The notes under the pieces: model-generated | What the model was told of the DNA's origin: nothing | Database searches by the model: none | Seen by the model: only the letters and a program-made list of their open reading frames with translations | In this document: positions 1-13,780 of the stretch, piece after piece | How positions within the stretch are numbered: the first letter of the stretch is position 1 | Layout: every line of letters starts with the position of its first letter | Position numbers and translations under genes: made by a program | Assembly (NCBI RefSeq): GCF_006345805.1 | Contig: NC_043001.1 | Span: forward strand, 74,648,001 to 74,712,000 | Direction: 5' to 3' | DNA length: 64,000 nucleotides | Source: Octopus sinensis | Taxonomy: Eukaryota

Positions 1-177
1 TATATTAAATTCAGATTCTTATTTTGTTGATGTGGGTAATGTTGTTGTTGTTTAAACCTAGGTTAACTTTGACCCACTAGACGCTTTGATCAAAGTTATT
101 CTCACTACGACCATCTAGAAGATTTTAGGAATATAGACGACTACGTTCTCTAATGTGTCCATTATTTAACATAGCAT

Positions 178-398
178 AAGGCAGCGAGCTGGCAGAATCG
201 TTAGCAAGCCGGTAAAAACTGCTTAGCGGCATTTCTGTTGGCTTTATGCTCTGAGTTAAAATTCCGTTGTGGTCGACGTTACATTTCATTGTTTAGGAGT
301 CGATAAAATATAGTACTTGTTGTGCATTGGGATCGATGAATCAACTACCTTCCTCCCTCAAAATTTCAGTCTTTGTACATATAGTAGAAATGATTATT
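178..398 (+). mobile_element. tRNA-derived SINE, family A (aaggcggcgagctggcagaatcgttagc head), diverged copy
   Basis: Head aaggcagcgagctggcagaatcgttagc and B-box-like gagttaaaattcc match more than 15 other copies in the window. Confidence 0.8.
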
Positions 399-822
399 TA
401 AGACAGTACGTTGATGTTTGAGGAGGACGTGTAGGGATTTGGTTGGTGTTTCTAGCAACGCGTGTGACCAGGAAGCTTAGATGTTATTTGTGTCGTTGGC
501 TCCAGGTTAAATAAGAATAACATCCTCCCTCTCTTTGTGCTTGTGTAGGTGTATGTGTAACAATTATAATTGGAAATTCATAGTATTCTTGCATTCCAGT
601 AAAATTCATCGTGGAGTTTAATAAACTATTTATCTATGCATATCATAAAACAAAAGCGATTTAATTGAGCTCTTTATTATATCATCATAAATTACATTAT
701 CTTCATATGTGTTTCACTGGTGTATACCAGTATGTTCTGATCGATATATAGGATATAAGATGTATATAAATCAAAATTAAGACATCATACAAAATCTTTT
801 AAGTGTTTTCATTGTAATTTAA

Positions 823-1043
823 CCCTTTCGTTACTACATTTATTTTGAGATGCTCTATGTTTCTCTCAATTATTTTAGATATAACAAAGAATTTAGTAAA
901 ATAACTTGGTTATCATTAAGCTAGTGTTGGGAACATAAATTGTGACTACGGTTTGGTGGACGATTTCAATTCAAAACTTATTCAAACAAGACATTTGTAC
1001 TACAGAGCCAGAGGCGGTTTCAGCCAGGTTGGTAATGAAAGGG
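823..1043. mobile_element. piggyBac-type non-autonomous element (MITE)
   Basis: TTAA|CCCTTTCGTTAC ... GTAATGAAAGGG|TTAA: terminal inverted repeats flanked by a TTAA duplication. Confidence 0.8.
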
Positions 1044-1392
1044 TTAAATAATTTTCACATACATTCTCTGCGAATTTTCAACTTCATTTATTTCACACAC
1101 ACACACATATCAATGTCACATACATATTGTATGTGTTTTGTTCATATGTCCATTAGCTGCATGATAGCATCTTGGGAAACGTCCCTTTACGACACCGAAT
1201 TTGAAAAAAACACCGAATGCTTCAGAACTGACGAGAGAGCTCGCACAGAAGGTGAATGAAAATAATTGATATCAGTGGATATCGCCGTCTTTCAGCTTGT
1301 TAGGAACTTACACTCGACACACCTCGAATCGAACTGAATCTCTGGTTCGAGATACATACGCACACAAACAAACACACACACCCATCCACACA

Positions 1393-1434
<42 letters not shown>

Positions 1435-1560
1435 ACACACGTACATATACACGTACACACATAATAATGTAAGTATGCATGTATGTATGTATTTATGTGC
1501 CTAAATGTTTATATACGTTGTAAGAATGAAATGAAATCAAATAGTGATATTTTGAAAGCA

Positions 1561-1635
1561 TTTAATACGAACGTTTCAGGTTTCCGTAACATATAATAGG
1601 AAATGCATCCATTACGTAAACCTTCTTCAGTTAAA
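1561..1635 (-). ncRNA. Type I hammerhead ribozyme motif in a Penelope-like inverted repeat (about 1530-1710)
   Basis: Minus strand reads tttaa-CTGAAGA-aggtttacgtaa...ttacggaaacct-GAAAC-gttc-GTA-ttaaa; stems I, II and III all pair. Confidence 0.65.
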
Positions 1636-1851
1636 GCATTTCAAAAATATACGCAAACCTGAAACGTACGTATTAAATGAATTTGAAATATTATTTCGTT
1701 TGATTTCATTATAACAACTAATGCTAATACAAACTAACCGGTCTTGACTTCGCTTATGCGGGTACTCTAACAACGATTAAGTGTATATTTTTTATATTTG
1801 ACTCTAGTCAAAAGTTTTGGTACCGTGCACCGCTTTTTAGCGTAACACACG

Positions 1852-1921
<70 letters not shown>

Positions 1922-1999
1922 AACATATTCAAGTTTCTTTCTTTCTTTCAGTTCCCGTCTTAATTCACTCACATTTCATTCTGCCCGAGGTTACAGTAG

Positions 2000-2037
<38 letters not shown>

Positions 2038-2048
2038 CATAGAGTATG

Positions 2049-2084
<36 letters not shown>

Positions 2085-2940
2085 ACATAGAGTATAATAT
2101 ACATAGAGTACGGAAACAATGATAAGAGACTTCGTCACCATTTTTATTGTAACACTCTTCACTCTTATAATAGAAATGAAGTGTTTGTATTAGGCACTCT
2201 TTCTAGTTTTAGATCCCAAGTCCTGCGTTCAAATTATAAAGCGGCCATTAGTTCCTGTTTATCCCAACAGGTTTGGTAAAAATATAAAGGAATAGCTACA
2301 GCAGGAGGCACGAGGTGTTTGATCGATCTGCTATAAATGGCTGCCGAATCATCCGTCTTAAAATGAAAGCTACATCGCGTAATGTAGTACTTGATTCAGT
2401 GAATACAAATAATCCCTGAATGGTTAGGTTGGGACAACTTTGAACAAAGGTCTACATAATAGATGCTGACCTGGGGCTGAACGAAAAATATCGACACCAA
2501 TAAAGGTGTTTCTAGGCGGATGAACTCCATGCAGGAAATAGCGGCTAAATTACCTTAAAATCCCTCTCTTAAAATAGATTGAGCTTGAACTAACCTGACA
2601 TGGCATAGGGTCAACAATGACAAGAACCACAATACTAGTTATGCAATGAGGAATATGCAGTCTGTTATAATTATCCTACAAATCAATGTGGTCCTAAGGT
2701 TCGCAATAAAAATAAACTGTTGTTTAACCCTAGGTCAGTTTTCTTCCAACTAGCCTACTACGGTTGGAAGTGTTCCAACCGTGACACTTCCTTGTGTTCT
2801 TCAGCCAGAGTTTCTCCTATGCCATTATCTAAAGTATTCCTTTTTAAAGATAGTTTATGAGAATTCTGAGATATTCAGTGGCTATTTGAAGCATGCTGTG
2901 TGACAGTGCAGAGACACCTGATCGTCTTATAAACAAGTAT

Positions 2941-3155
2941 AAGGCGGCGAGCTGAAAGAATAGCACGCCAGAAAAATTACTTAGCGGCATTTCATCAGCT
3001 TTACGTTCTGTGTTCAAATTCCGTCGAGGTCGGCTTCGCTTTCCATCCTTTCGGGGTCAATAAAATAAGTATCTGTTAAACACCGGGGTCGATGTTATCA
3101 ACTTACCCCTCCCCCAAAATTGTAGACCTTGTGCCTATAGCAGAAAGGATTATAA
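2941..3155 (+). mobile_element. SINE family A copy
   Basis: aaggcggcgagctg head, gttcaaattcc B box, tccatcctttcggggtc...aaataagta central domain. Confidence 0.8.
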
Positions 3156-3191
3156 ACGATTGTTATGTTACCCTAGATTTAATACGACTGA

Positions 3192-3516
3192 GTGAGGGCG
3201 CGTGGCTTAGTGGTTAGGGCATTCGGCTCATGATCGTAAGGTTGTGAGTTCGATTCCCGGCGACGCGTTGTGTCCTTGAGCAAGACACTTTATTTCACGT
3301 TGCTCCAGTCCACTCAGCTGGCAAAAATGAGTTGTACTTGTATTTCAAAGGGTCAGCCTTGTCACTCTCTGTGTCACGCTGATTATCCCCGAGAACTACG
3401 TTAAGGGTACACGTGTCTGTGGAATGCTCAGCCATTTGCACGTTAATTTCACGAGCAAGCTGTTCCGTTGATCGTATCAGCTGGGACCCTCGTCGTCGTA
3501 ACCGGCGGAGTCTTTA
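3192..3516 (+). mobile_element. tRNA-derived SINE, family C, with target-site duplication
   Basis: A box tggcttagtgg, B box gagttcgattccc, tgtgtccttgagcaagacactt core; aatacgactga is repeated at 3181 and 3517. Confidence 0.8.
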
Positions 3517-3995
3517 AATACGACTGAACAAACCTACGAGTATAAGCATTCCAAGTACGGTCGTCTCGTATTTCTTTCGGATATAGCATATCGAGGCTTA
3601 CTTTATCCAATGTCTACCTCTCCCTTTTGCTGACAGTATAGCCAGTTTTCACTCGCGAGGGAGTTTAGGTAGCTACGAAGTCTCGAGTATACATAGAAAT
3701 CCACGAGGCTCTCCGACGATTAGGCAACAGAACATCTAGAATGTAATATTTGGAAGAAGAAGGAGGGTTGTACCAGCAGCCGGTTGTACCAGCAGCTGAG
3801 TAGATTGGAGCACTCACTATCTTCGGATCATGAACCGAACACAAACGATAGAGTATAATATAAAGCAAATTTGACTAATATGTGTAGCAGATCGTGTGAC
3901 GACGTAGAGGCTTCTTCAGGATTCGCATTATAAACAGCTTTGATGCTTATGATGTTGCTGTTGTTATTTTGGCTGTTCTTATTGCTATCGTTCTT

Positions 3996-4225
3996 ATTTC
4001 TTTACAACCCGCAAGGGGCTACAAACAGAGGGGACAAACAAGGACAGACAAACGGATTAAGTCGATTATATCGATCCCAGTGCGTAACTGGTACTTATTT
4101 AATCGACCGCAAAAGGATAAAAAGTCAAAGTCGATCTCGGTGGAATTTGAACTCAGAACGTAACGGCAGACGAAATACTGCTAGGCATTTTGCCCGGCGT
4201 GCAAACGTTTCTGCCAGCACACCGC
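3996..4225 (-). mobile_element. SINE family A, long-tail subtype, with TSD of up to 18 bp
   Basis: Reverse copy flanked by cttattgctatcgttctt at 3978-3995 and 4226-4243. Confidence 0.85.
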
Positions 4226-5789
4226 CTTATTGCTATCGTTCTTGTTGCTGTTCTTGTGCTGCCTCAGGTCAACCCTGAACGACCACATGTTATCGACCAA
4301 ATGCCAGAACGCAGCCCTACAAAACCATGTTCTCAGCTACGTTTTGCCTCAACGAATCTGAGGGCCATATTACACATACGCAGTGACGAATCATATGGTT
4401 TTCAGCACGAGAATTTAGGCATATTGTACTTGCATTATTATTACTTCCGCGCCGGAAAAAAATGCGTAGGGGCATTTTGTTCATCTTTATGTTCTGAGTT
4501 CAAATTCTGCCGAATTCGACTTTGCCTTTCATTCTTTCGGTGTCGATGAAATAAGTACCAATTGAATACTGGGACCAATGTAATCGACTTACCCCCTCAC
4601 TCGGAATTGCTGACCACTGAGAAAAAAGATTTTAAACCACCTTTATAAAGTTCTGTGATGTAGCGAGCTGGCAGAATCGTTAACGCATTGAGCGTTAACG
4701 AGTAAAATGTGAGTGGAACGAGAGGGATTATTTGTCTGCTCGCGATTACATACGCATTTAAAACAATCAGCAAAAGCATGGTACATGCTAGTAGCATGTC
4801 ATAGACGCTAAACTTTTTTCTACTATTGTACACTCCATAGATTTAGAAACATGATAAAACATTTTTTGAGCAGCCGTTTTGGCGCACTTGTTTTGGTGTC
4901 GTCAATTTGGCGTTGATTCGGCACTGACCTATTTGACATTAGACGTTTTGATGTTTCTCTCGTTTTGATTCTCTTGTTCTCTCATCCTTCCCTTTCTCTC
5001 TGTTTATGTGTGAGCATTTTTCTTTTTACGTATACGAGGAGAGGGAAAGTGTTTATATCAATCGTGTTCAGTTAATAAATTGTAATGTCTCTCCCCCTTC
5101 CTTCTCTCTCTCCTCTCTCTCTCTCTCTCTCTTCGTATATACTGTTGCGCGCGCGTGTTTGTCTCCATCGAAAAAAGTGTTGTTGCCAAAGAGACTGAAT
5201 GTCCGATCAGCTGTGTCAGATAGCTGCAGCTAATCTCTCATTCTGACCTGGTTAGTAGTTTGATCGCCTTAATGAAGTATTTTGTTTTATGCGAGGTGTG
5301 GGATGGAGTCAAACTCCTCATCGATGTCTATGATTGTTAAAATGGTGCGCGTAGGTCTTATGTTCCCGAAACACTCATACGTTTTCTGATATATTTAATG
5401 AACAAGCAGATTAATTTACAAATGTGTTACGATAATTAGTTTAGAGTGGCTGTCTCTTATTCTGAATACTCATATTCCCACTTGTTGTTGCGATCTATTC
5501 GTTTGGAAAAGGTTACAACCACAGATTGTGGTATCTATGAGATGCATAATTTGATTTATATCAAGCAGGCTCTAATGTAGCTTCAATTGTTTTGTTTTAT
5601 CGAGGTGCGACTTATAATTTTTGTTCTGTCTGCATTAATTTTGTTTTAATATAGACACTTTAATTCATTATTATGAAGTTGTAGTACGAGAGTTAAGCTG
5701 AAAGTGGTGCGAAAGTTAGCATAATTAACTGGGATGGGTCGTTCGGATTACTCGTATTCGTAGAGTAAATGTTCCTGTATACAAAGGTA

Positions 5790-6037
5790 CTACTCAACAT
5801 AGTCTACAACATAAGCGAAGCATTTGTACCATAGTTGAAACCAATTCTCGAATCATTGAAAAAATTCCGATGCGCACTGTTGGACTCATTTTTACAGACA
5901 CTTTTACACCATTTGTCATTAAACTGTTGTTTCTGAATACTTGTCTTTCCTTGGACCAAGAAAGTTTGAAGTCGGAGGAGACATCGGATCTACGAGGGAT
6001 GTGTGTGTGTGTGTGTGTGTGGTGTGTGTGTGTGTGT

Positions 6038-6069
<32 letters not shown>

Positions 6070-6870
6070 GTGTGTGTGTGTGTGTGCATCGGAGGCGGGT
6101 AACCACCAGCCAGATCAATGTGCTGATTGTCTAACTGGTTGCTGAAGAAGTGTGTGGTTGCACATTGTCCTGGTGAATGTGTGAATTGTTCGTTTTCCTC
6201 TCTTAATGGCTTCTTCAACACTTTTGTGTGTCTCAGTGTACCGCTTGCTTGTTCCCGATACAGCCACGTTGCTGACCATTAAGGAACATGATGCCTTTGT
6301 CAACCGAAAGAAAAGTCACTATGAACTTCTGCGCCAGTTGTTGGCTCTCGAACTTCTTAGGCCTTGGAGAAAAGGCGTGATGACACTCCAGATTATAAAT
6401 ATTCACTCACATTTCGACTCATGTCATTAGATCGATAGGAAAAGTGTCTTTTCTTGGCTTCAGAAACTTCTAGTAGATCGAAGCAAATTTCCACCCTTCT
6501 CTTCTTCAAATCGGTTGTCAACTGTCGTGCTTACCAATTTGCACACACTTCCTATAGCCAGTCTTCCATCTTCTGTAAAGTATTGTGACCAAACTCCAGT
6601 TGTGCAGCAAGTTCAGATGTGACTCATCTATTCCCGCAAATCAGTTTGTGCACTCACTATCGATTCGGGTCAATAATCGCAGTCGATATTCTACCACAGT
6701 CTGGTTTGTCTTCAGTGTTGGTTTCTTTCCTTAAACTTCTTCATTCATCTGTGTATAACACTCTTGTTGATGGTGTCATCTTTGTAAACAACTTAGAGCT
6801 TTCTGCGGCTATCGGATAACCTACACCGTTCTTTTGTAAATATTTCATTTACGGCATGTAGCTTAGTGTC
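5790..6870 (-). pseudogene. Decayed mariner transposase, interrupted by a (TG)n tract
   Basis: Minus-strand remnants: KVCANW*ARQLT (WVPxxL-like), HQDNVQPH (HDNARPH-like), a YSPDLAPSDF-like segment and the C-terminal WYKC..DYVE; many frameshifts. Confidence 0.7.
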
Positions 6871-7318
6871 TAGAACTATATATTTTCTTGCAATGGAGAA
6901 CATCTTCTTCAGAGCAGACCAGTAGTAGTGAGAGCATGTCATTGACAAGGTCACGACTGAGAACGAAAGGAATTTTTGCAAACCTAGCTGATAGATTAAT
7001 TGACCGGACGATAAATTAATCAGACAATCGATTAGTAATTGCTTATCTAAAGGATGACGAACAAAACAAGATGCTTTCCTTCACAACCTTGTAAGTTAAG
7101 AACATGTTCTTACTACGCTCAGAATATAAGTACAAACTGTTTAAATTTCTAATTTTTTCTTAATTCCAAATTTTTTATTTCTTAATCCTTGACTTTAAAT
7201 TTTTAATATTTAAGAAGATGGACTTACACATCGAAACCGCTAATATTCTATAACCGTTATTTAATGTAACAAATATAAATATAGTTATCCTGTCCGATTG
7301 AATATATATATAAAGAGG

Positions 7319-7367
<49 letters not shown>

Positions 7368-7475
7368 AATAGGACAGAAAAGAGAAGTGAAGAAGCTGGT
7401 GTTTATTCCATTCGTCTACGGCTGCTTTATAAACCTGTTTATAAACACATTACATCAACATTAACACACGCATAT

Positions 7476-7794
7476 TCGGAGACCCCCTTCGGTCATGACA
7501 CAGACCATGGGATTGCACCTAGAAAGTTACTCTCCTAGACACAAGTCCGGGCGAGGTTGTTTATGGAAGACCAGCAGTCACCCATGCATACCAGCCTCCC
7601 CTCTCCACGCCACCAGTGTTATCCAAGGGAAAGACAAAGGTCGATACAGCTTGGCACCAGTGACGTCGCAACTCATTTCTACAGCTGAGTGAACTGGAGC
7701 AACGTGAAATAAAGTGCCTTGCTCAAGAACACAACACGAGCTCACAACCTCACGATCGTAAGCCCGACGCTCTAACCACTGAGCCATGCGCCTT
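7476..7794 (-). mobile_element. tRNA-derived SINE with TSD
   Basis: Minus strand gaaggcgcatggctcagtggttagagcg head and gtgttcttgagcaaggcactt core; cacgcatat flanks both sides. Confidence 0.75.
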
Positions 7795-7979
7795 CACGCA
7801 TATATACACACGTATATATTGTACATATAAATATATATAAATAAACACATATGCGTATGAATACCCATATATACAAGCGTTCTGTGAAGGAAACTAACAG
7901 ACTGAACGATTCATGGTAGTTGAAACCACCAACTCTCTACTACAAAGAAGCTAATCTTATACATACATACATACATACA

Positions 7980-8015
<36 letters not shown>

Positions 8016-8025
8016 TATATACATA

Positions 8026-8488
8026 TCTATTATATAAAATCCGTTCTGTGTATGTGTGTGTGTGTGTGTGTCTTCTAGGATCTCGGGCATCCTCCATCCG
8101 ATTGCACTCAAATTTGATATGTAGATACAGACAGTATCAGGGCGTGTATAATTCTTGAAAAAATTACAAAAATCGATTCCGGTTGAGAATGCGATCGATA
8201 AAGCTGTGGGAACGTGCATTTATACGCGCAAGTACATCAGCTGTTGTGATGTACTTACTGGTACTTTAAACTCTTCGGTTGCATATTTGTGTGAATAAAA
8301 TCGTTTTTCTTTGGAATAGAAAAAAAGTCTATCTCTATTTCTTCTTTTGCTGGTGTGTCAAATTTAGGTTAAATTAGTGTTTCTCAAAGGGGAGGCCTAT
8401 GGGACGGTCGGAGAAGTTGTCTTGAGAAAATTTGGTTTAAATGTTTGACAACTCAGCACCAGCCATCGGACAGGGGGAGTTTTGCTCG
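8026..8488 (+). mobile_element. Non-autonomous Helitron-like element
   Basis: A|TCTATTATATAAAA 5' end; 3' end with a GC-rich segment then CTCG|T (variant of CTRR); no TSD. Confidence 0.55.
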
Positions 8489-8962
8489 TATATATATATA
8501 CATATATATATATATATACATACATATATATACATATAATTGCTGCTGGTTTGTTTAGTCCTCGTAATTTAGCGGTTCAGCATAAAGGAGCGGTAGAATA
8601 AGTATTGCGGACGGATTGTTCGACTAAACCCTTGAAGGAGGTACACTAGCGGGCCTGCAGTCCAAAGACTGAAAAAGTAAAATATAAACGATTACATTTT
8701 TCTTTTTCTTTCTTTTTCCAGGAACATTTTCTGAGAAGTCTTGGAGACGCCAGTGTATGGACCCCGGAACTGTAGCTGCCAGAATTAATCGCAAATTGTT
8801 GACGACAGCACGAGATCTAAAAACAGCCAAACACCGACAAACGGAGATATATCTTTAGCGATTCCTGTAATCGGTTTTGAATATATCTTCAGAAAGCCTT
8901 CCATTCATAATATGAAACATTAATATATATATTTCATCATAATCACAGTTGATTCTTTTACA

Positions 8963-8995
<33 letters not shown>

Positions 8996-9471
8996 GTTTG
9001 TCTGTCTGTCTGTTTATCCATTATTCCTTTATGTATATTACAATTGTGAAGACAACGAACAACTAGATTCTGTGTTAATGACTTCATTCCAATCCTCATT
9101 GTTTCCATTTAGCTATATAATGTTCCTTTGCATTAAATACGTTAGCACTTAACTTTTGTTTTTCCTGCAGATGGCATATATGCGTAACATATTCCCTAAA
9201 CATTTCGATTTTCCTAAGCCATTTTCAGGATTATTTTTACATTTAGTGAGTGATTCTCTCATGAATGTTCCTGCATGTACAGTGAACACTATGTTTCGTG
9301 GATGACGTCGTAATATATCGAAACATTCACGGAACTTTTTTCCTATAATTTCCGATATATTTAAAACACAAACTATTGACTAATATTACACTTTCTTAAC
9401 CACATAATAATTTCTAATTAGCTTTTAAACCTGCCAATTAATAAAGATGTTAGCACTAATTAAATATATTG

Positions 9472-9537
<66 letters not shown>

Positions 9538-9563
9538 TATATGTATGTATGTATATATATATA

Positions 9564-9615
<52 letters not shown>

Positions 9616-9666
9616 CATATATATATATATGTTGAATCTTCGTTCAGCTCCATTTCTTCCCTTCAC

Positions 9667-9698
<32 letters not shown>

Positions 9699-9731
9699 CT
9701 TTATTTAAAGCAGCAGAAAATTCAACAAAAT

Positions 9732-9769
9732 CTGTTACTCTGAGTTTCTCGTTGCCGTTCATCAGACAG
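9732..9769 (-). ncRNA. Minimal type I hammerhead ribozyme motif (Penelope-like remnant)
   Basis: Minus strand: ctgt-CTGATGA-acggcaacga-GAAAC-tcaga-GTA-acag; stem I is ctgt/acag and stem III is the near-palindrome actcagagt. Confidence 0.6.
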
Positions 9770-9790
9770 TTTTTACAGACATATATATAC

Positions 9791-9831
<41 letters not shown>

Positions 9832-9834
<3 letters not shown>

Positions 9835-10160
9835 AGGCGCAATGGCCCAGTGGTTAGGGCAGCGGACACGCGGTTGGAGGATCGCGGTTTCGATTCCCAG
9901 ACCGGGCGTTGTGTGTGTTTATTGAGCGAAAACACCTAAAGCTCCACGAGCCTCCGGCAGGGGGTGGTGGCGACCCCTATTGTACTCTTTCGCCCCAACT
10001 TTCTCTCACTCTCTCTTCCTGTTTCTTGAGTAACGTTGTGATGGACTGGCGTCCCGTCCATCTTGGGGGAAACACATACGCCATAGAAACCGGGAAACCG
10101 GGCCCATGAGCCTGGCTAGGCTTGAAAAGGGCGCATAAATAAATAAATAAATAAATAAAT
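9832..10160 (+). mobile_element. tRNA-derived SINE (V-SINE-like) with (AAAT)n tail
   Basis: A box tggcccagtgg, B box ggtttcgattccc, internal gatggactggcgtcccgtcca motif, (taaa)n tail. Confidence 0.75.
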
Positions 10161-11071
10161 AACTAATATATATATATATATATATATTTTCAAACATAGC
10201 CATCATTCGCAAGCGTGTACGATCAGCTTGCATGTTGTATGATGCTAATTGTTTGAGATACCTATGAAGTCACGAGCAGTCATAGACACACTCTTGGTCC
10301 TCCTAATCTTGATCTAAGGGAACATCCACGATGTGACAGATAGAGGGAGAGTGTGTACTGCACTTGCACTTCGTTGATACTTATATCTTTAGCTGAATGG
10401 ACTGGATCAACATGAAATGGAGTGTTTTGCTCAAGAACACAATTCACCACACACATTTACCCGTTCCAGGAATTGAAGCCTGACTTTATGACCTGGAGTT
10501 CAACGCCCTAACAGCTAACGCAGTTGGGTGAATTACGAAATTATGTAAAGTGAGATTTATAGTTTCTCAAGGAAACATGATGTTTTATGTTTTATATTTT
10601 ATTTTGTTTTGTTTGTTTCGTTTAATATATATATTCTTTATTTCTAAGACAGATTTTGCGAGGAGAATTTTTTTGTTTTCATATTCTGTTTCCGTTAAAC
10701 TCTTTTTTGTTTTTTTGCTTTTGTGTTTTCAATATTATATTCTGTTACAGGCGGAATCGTTAGCACGCCGGGCAAGATGCTTAACAGCATTTCTTCTTGC
10801 TCTTAATGTTCTGAATTCAAATTTCGCTTGGGTCAACTTTCGAGGGCGATAAAATAAAGTACCAGTCAAGTACTGGGTCTCTCTAATCGACTTTTCTCCT
10901 TGCTGGCCTTATGCCAAAATTTGGAAGCATCATTACTATTATTATGGCCTTTCATCCTTTCGGCGTCTGTGAAATAAGTACCTGAAAAGTACTGAAGTTG
11001 ATGCAACCGGATAGACCCCCAACCCTCAAATTTCACTCATTAGGCCTACTGTAGAAAAAAAAATTATATTA

Positions 11072-11431
11072 CACTGTGTAACACGATTTTTGTCCTTGGA
11101 TAGCAACTGTTATTTCCTATTTACTTACCTCTAGAAAGTACGCAAAATGGCTAATATTTCATTCAGTCTTTGCTTTTGTTACATTTTATTCAAACCCCAA
11201 AGAACTCCTTTCAATACATGGTTATTTGCTATAACGATATTTCTGCTTCGGCAACACAATGCTGAATCTGTCTGAAATGTAATGGAAAATAGGTCAGTTT
11301 CAAAATATTGGTGTCCAAGTCACAAAAGTAAAGTTTAAGGGAATAGCAGTCCTTTTCTTTATATTTCTAGATAGAAGCAAATTGGAAAAAGACTTACCAA
11401 AGAGAGAAAAGAAAAAATTTGTTACACAGTG
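11072..11431. mobile_element. Chapaev3/CMC-type MITE
   Basis: TIRs CACTGTGTAACA ... TGTTACACAGTG; flanks tta/taa are consistent with a TWA target. Confidence 0.7.
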
Positions 11432-12129
11432 TAATTATTAAGGTCACCTTCCAAAATCAAATCTAAAATATTAGATTTATTATTCTAGGTACATCTTGAA
11501 AATATATGCATGGAAGTATTCAAATCTAACAAAAATGTTCATGGTTAATGAAGATATTGAAAATTAACGGAAGCGTTCAAAGTAAATGTGTATAGAAGTA
11601 CTTAGAGTTACCATGGATGCTGATAGTAAATACTATGTGAGAATACCTTAACAATGTTTATAGACTTTAACATGGATATTCTGGAACGTACCCACATCTA
11701 TCCTTAGAGTTAATTTAGAAGGGTTTTTTAGAGAAATGGTATTATCTCACTCCAGTTCTGGCAATATCAACTGTGATGATAATCACATACCTTAACTGCC
11801 ATGGTGTTTTAAGCTCAACAGCATTGTCGGTATTATTTTCCTCAGCTCTTCAACACGTTTCTGTACAATATTATAGCCATTTGGTCTTGTTATGTCCATA
11901 ATTAATATGGGAACGTTATTGTTGCTATTTATATCCATGGCTTCCAGTTCGGGATATGTAAGGCACGCTTTTATAGTTGTTCAATACAATTGATCTATAT
12001 ACAGTTAGTATGGCAGTTTTTTTTTTATTCTGTTTGTTTTCACTTCAGACTGTTTGAAATCTAAACTAATTTCTTGTGAGAATTTTCTACTTTTGTTGTG
12101 AGAATTTTCCTCATTATGGAAATTGTTTG

Positions 12130-13780
<1,651 letters not shown>

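Noticed and set aside
3192-3270. tRNA gene candidates (also 7730-7794, 9832-9905, 49615-49686)
   Set aside because: A and B boxes are present, but the acceptor stems are incomplete and the sequences run on into repeat bodies, so they are SINE or pLTR heads.
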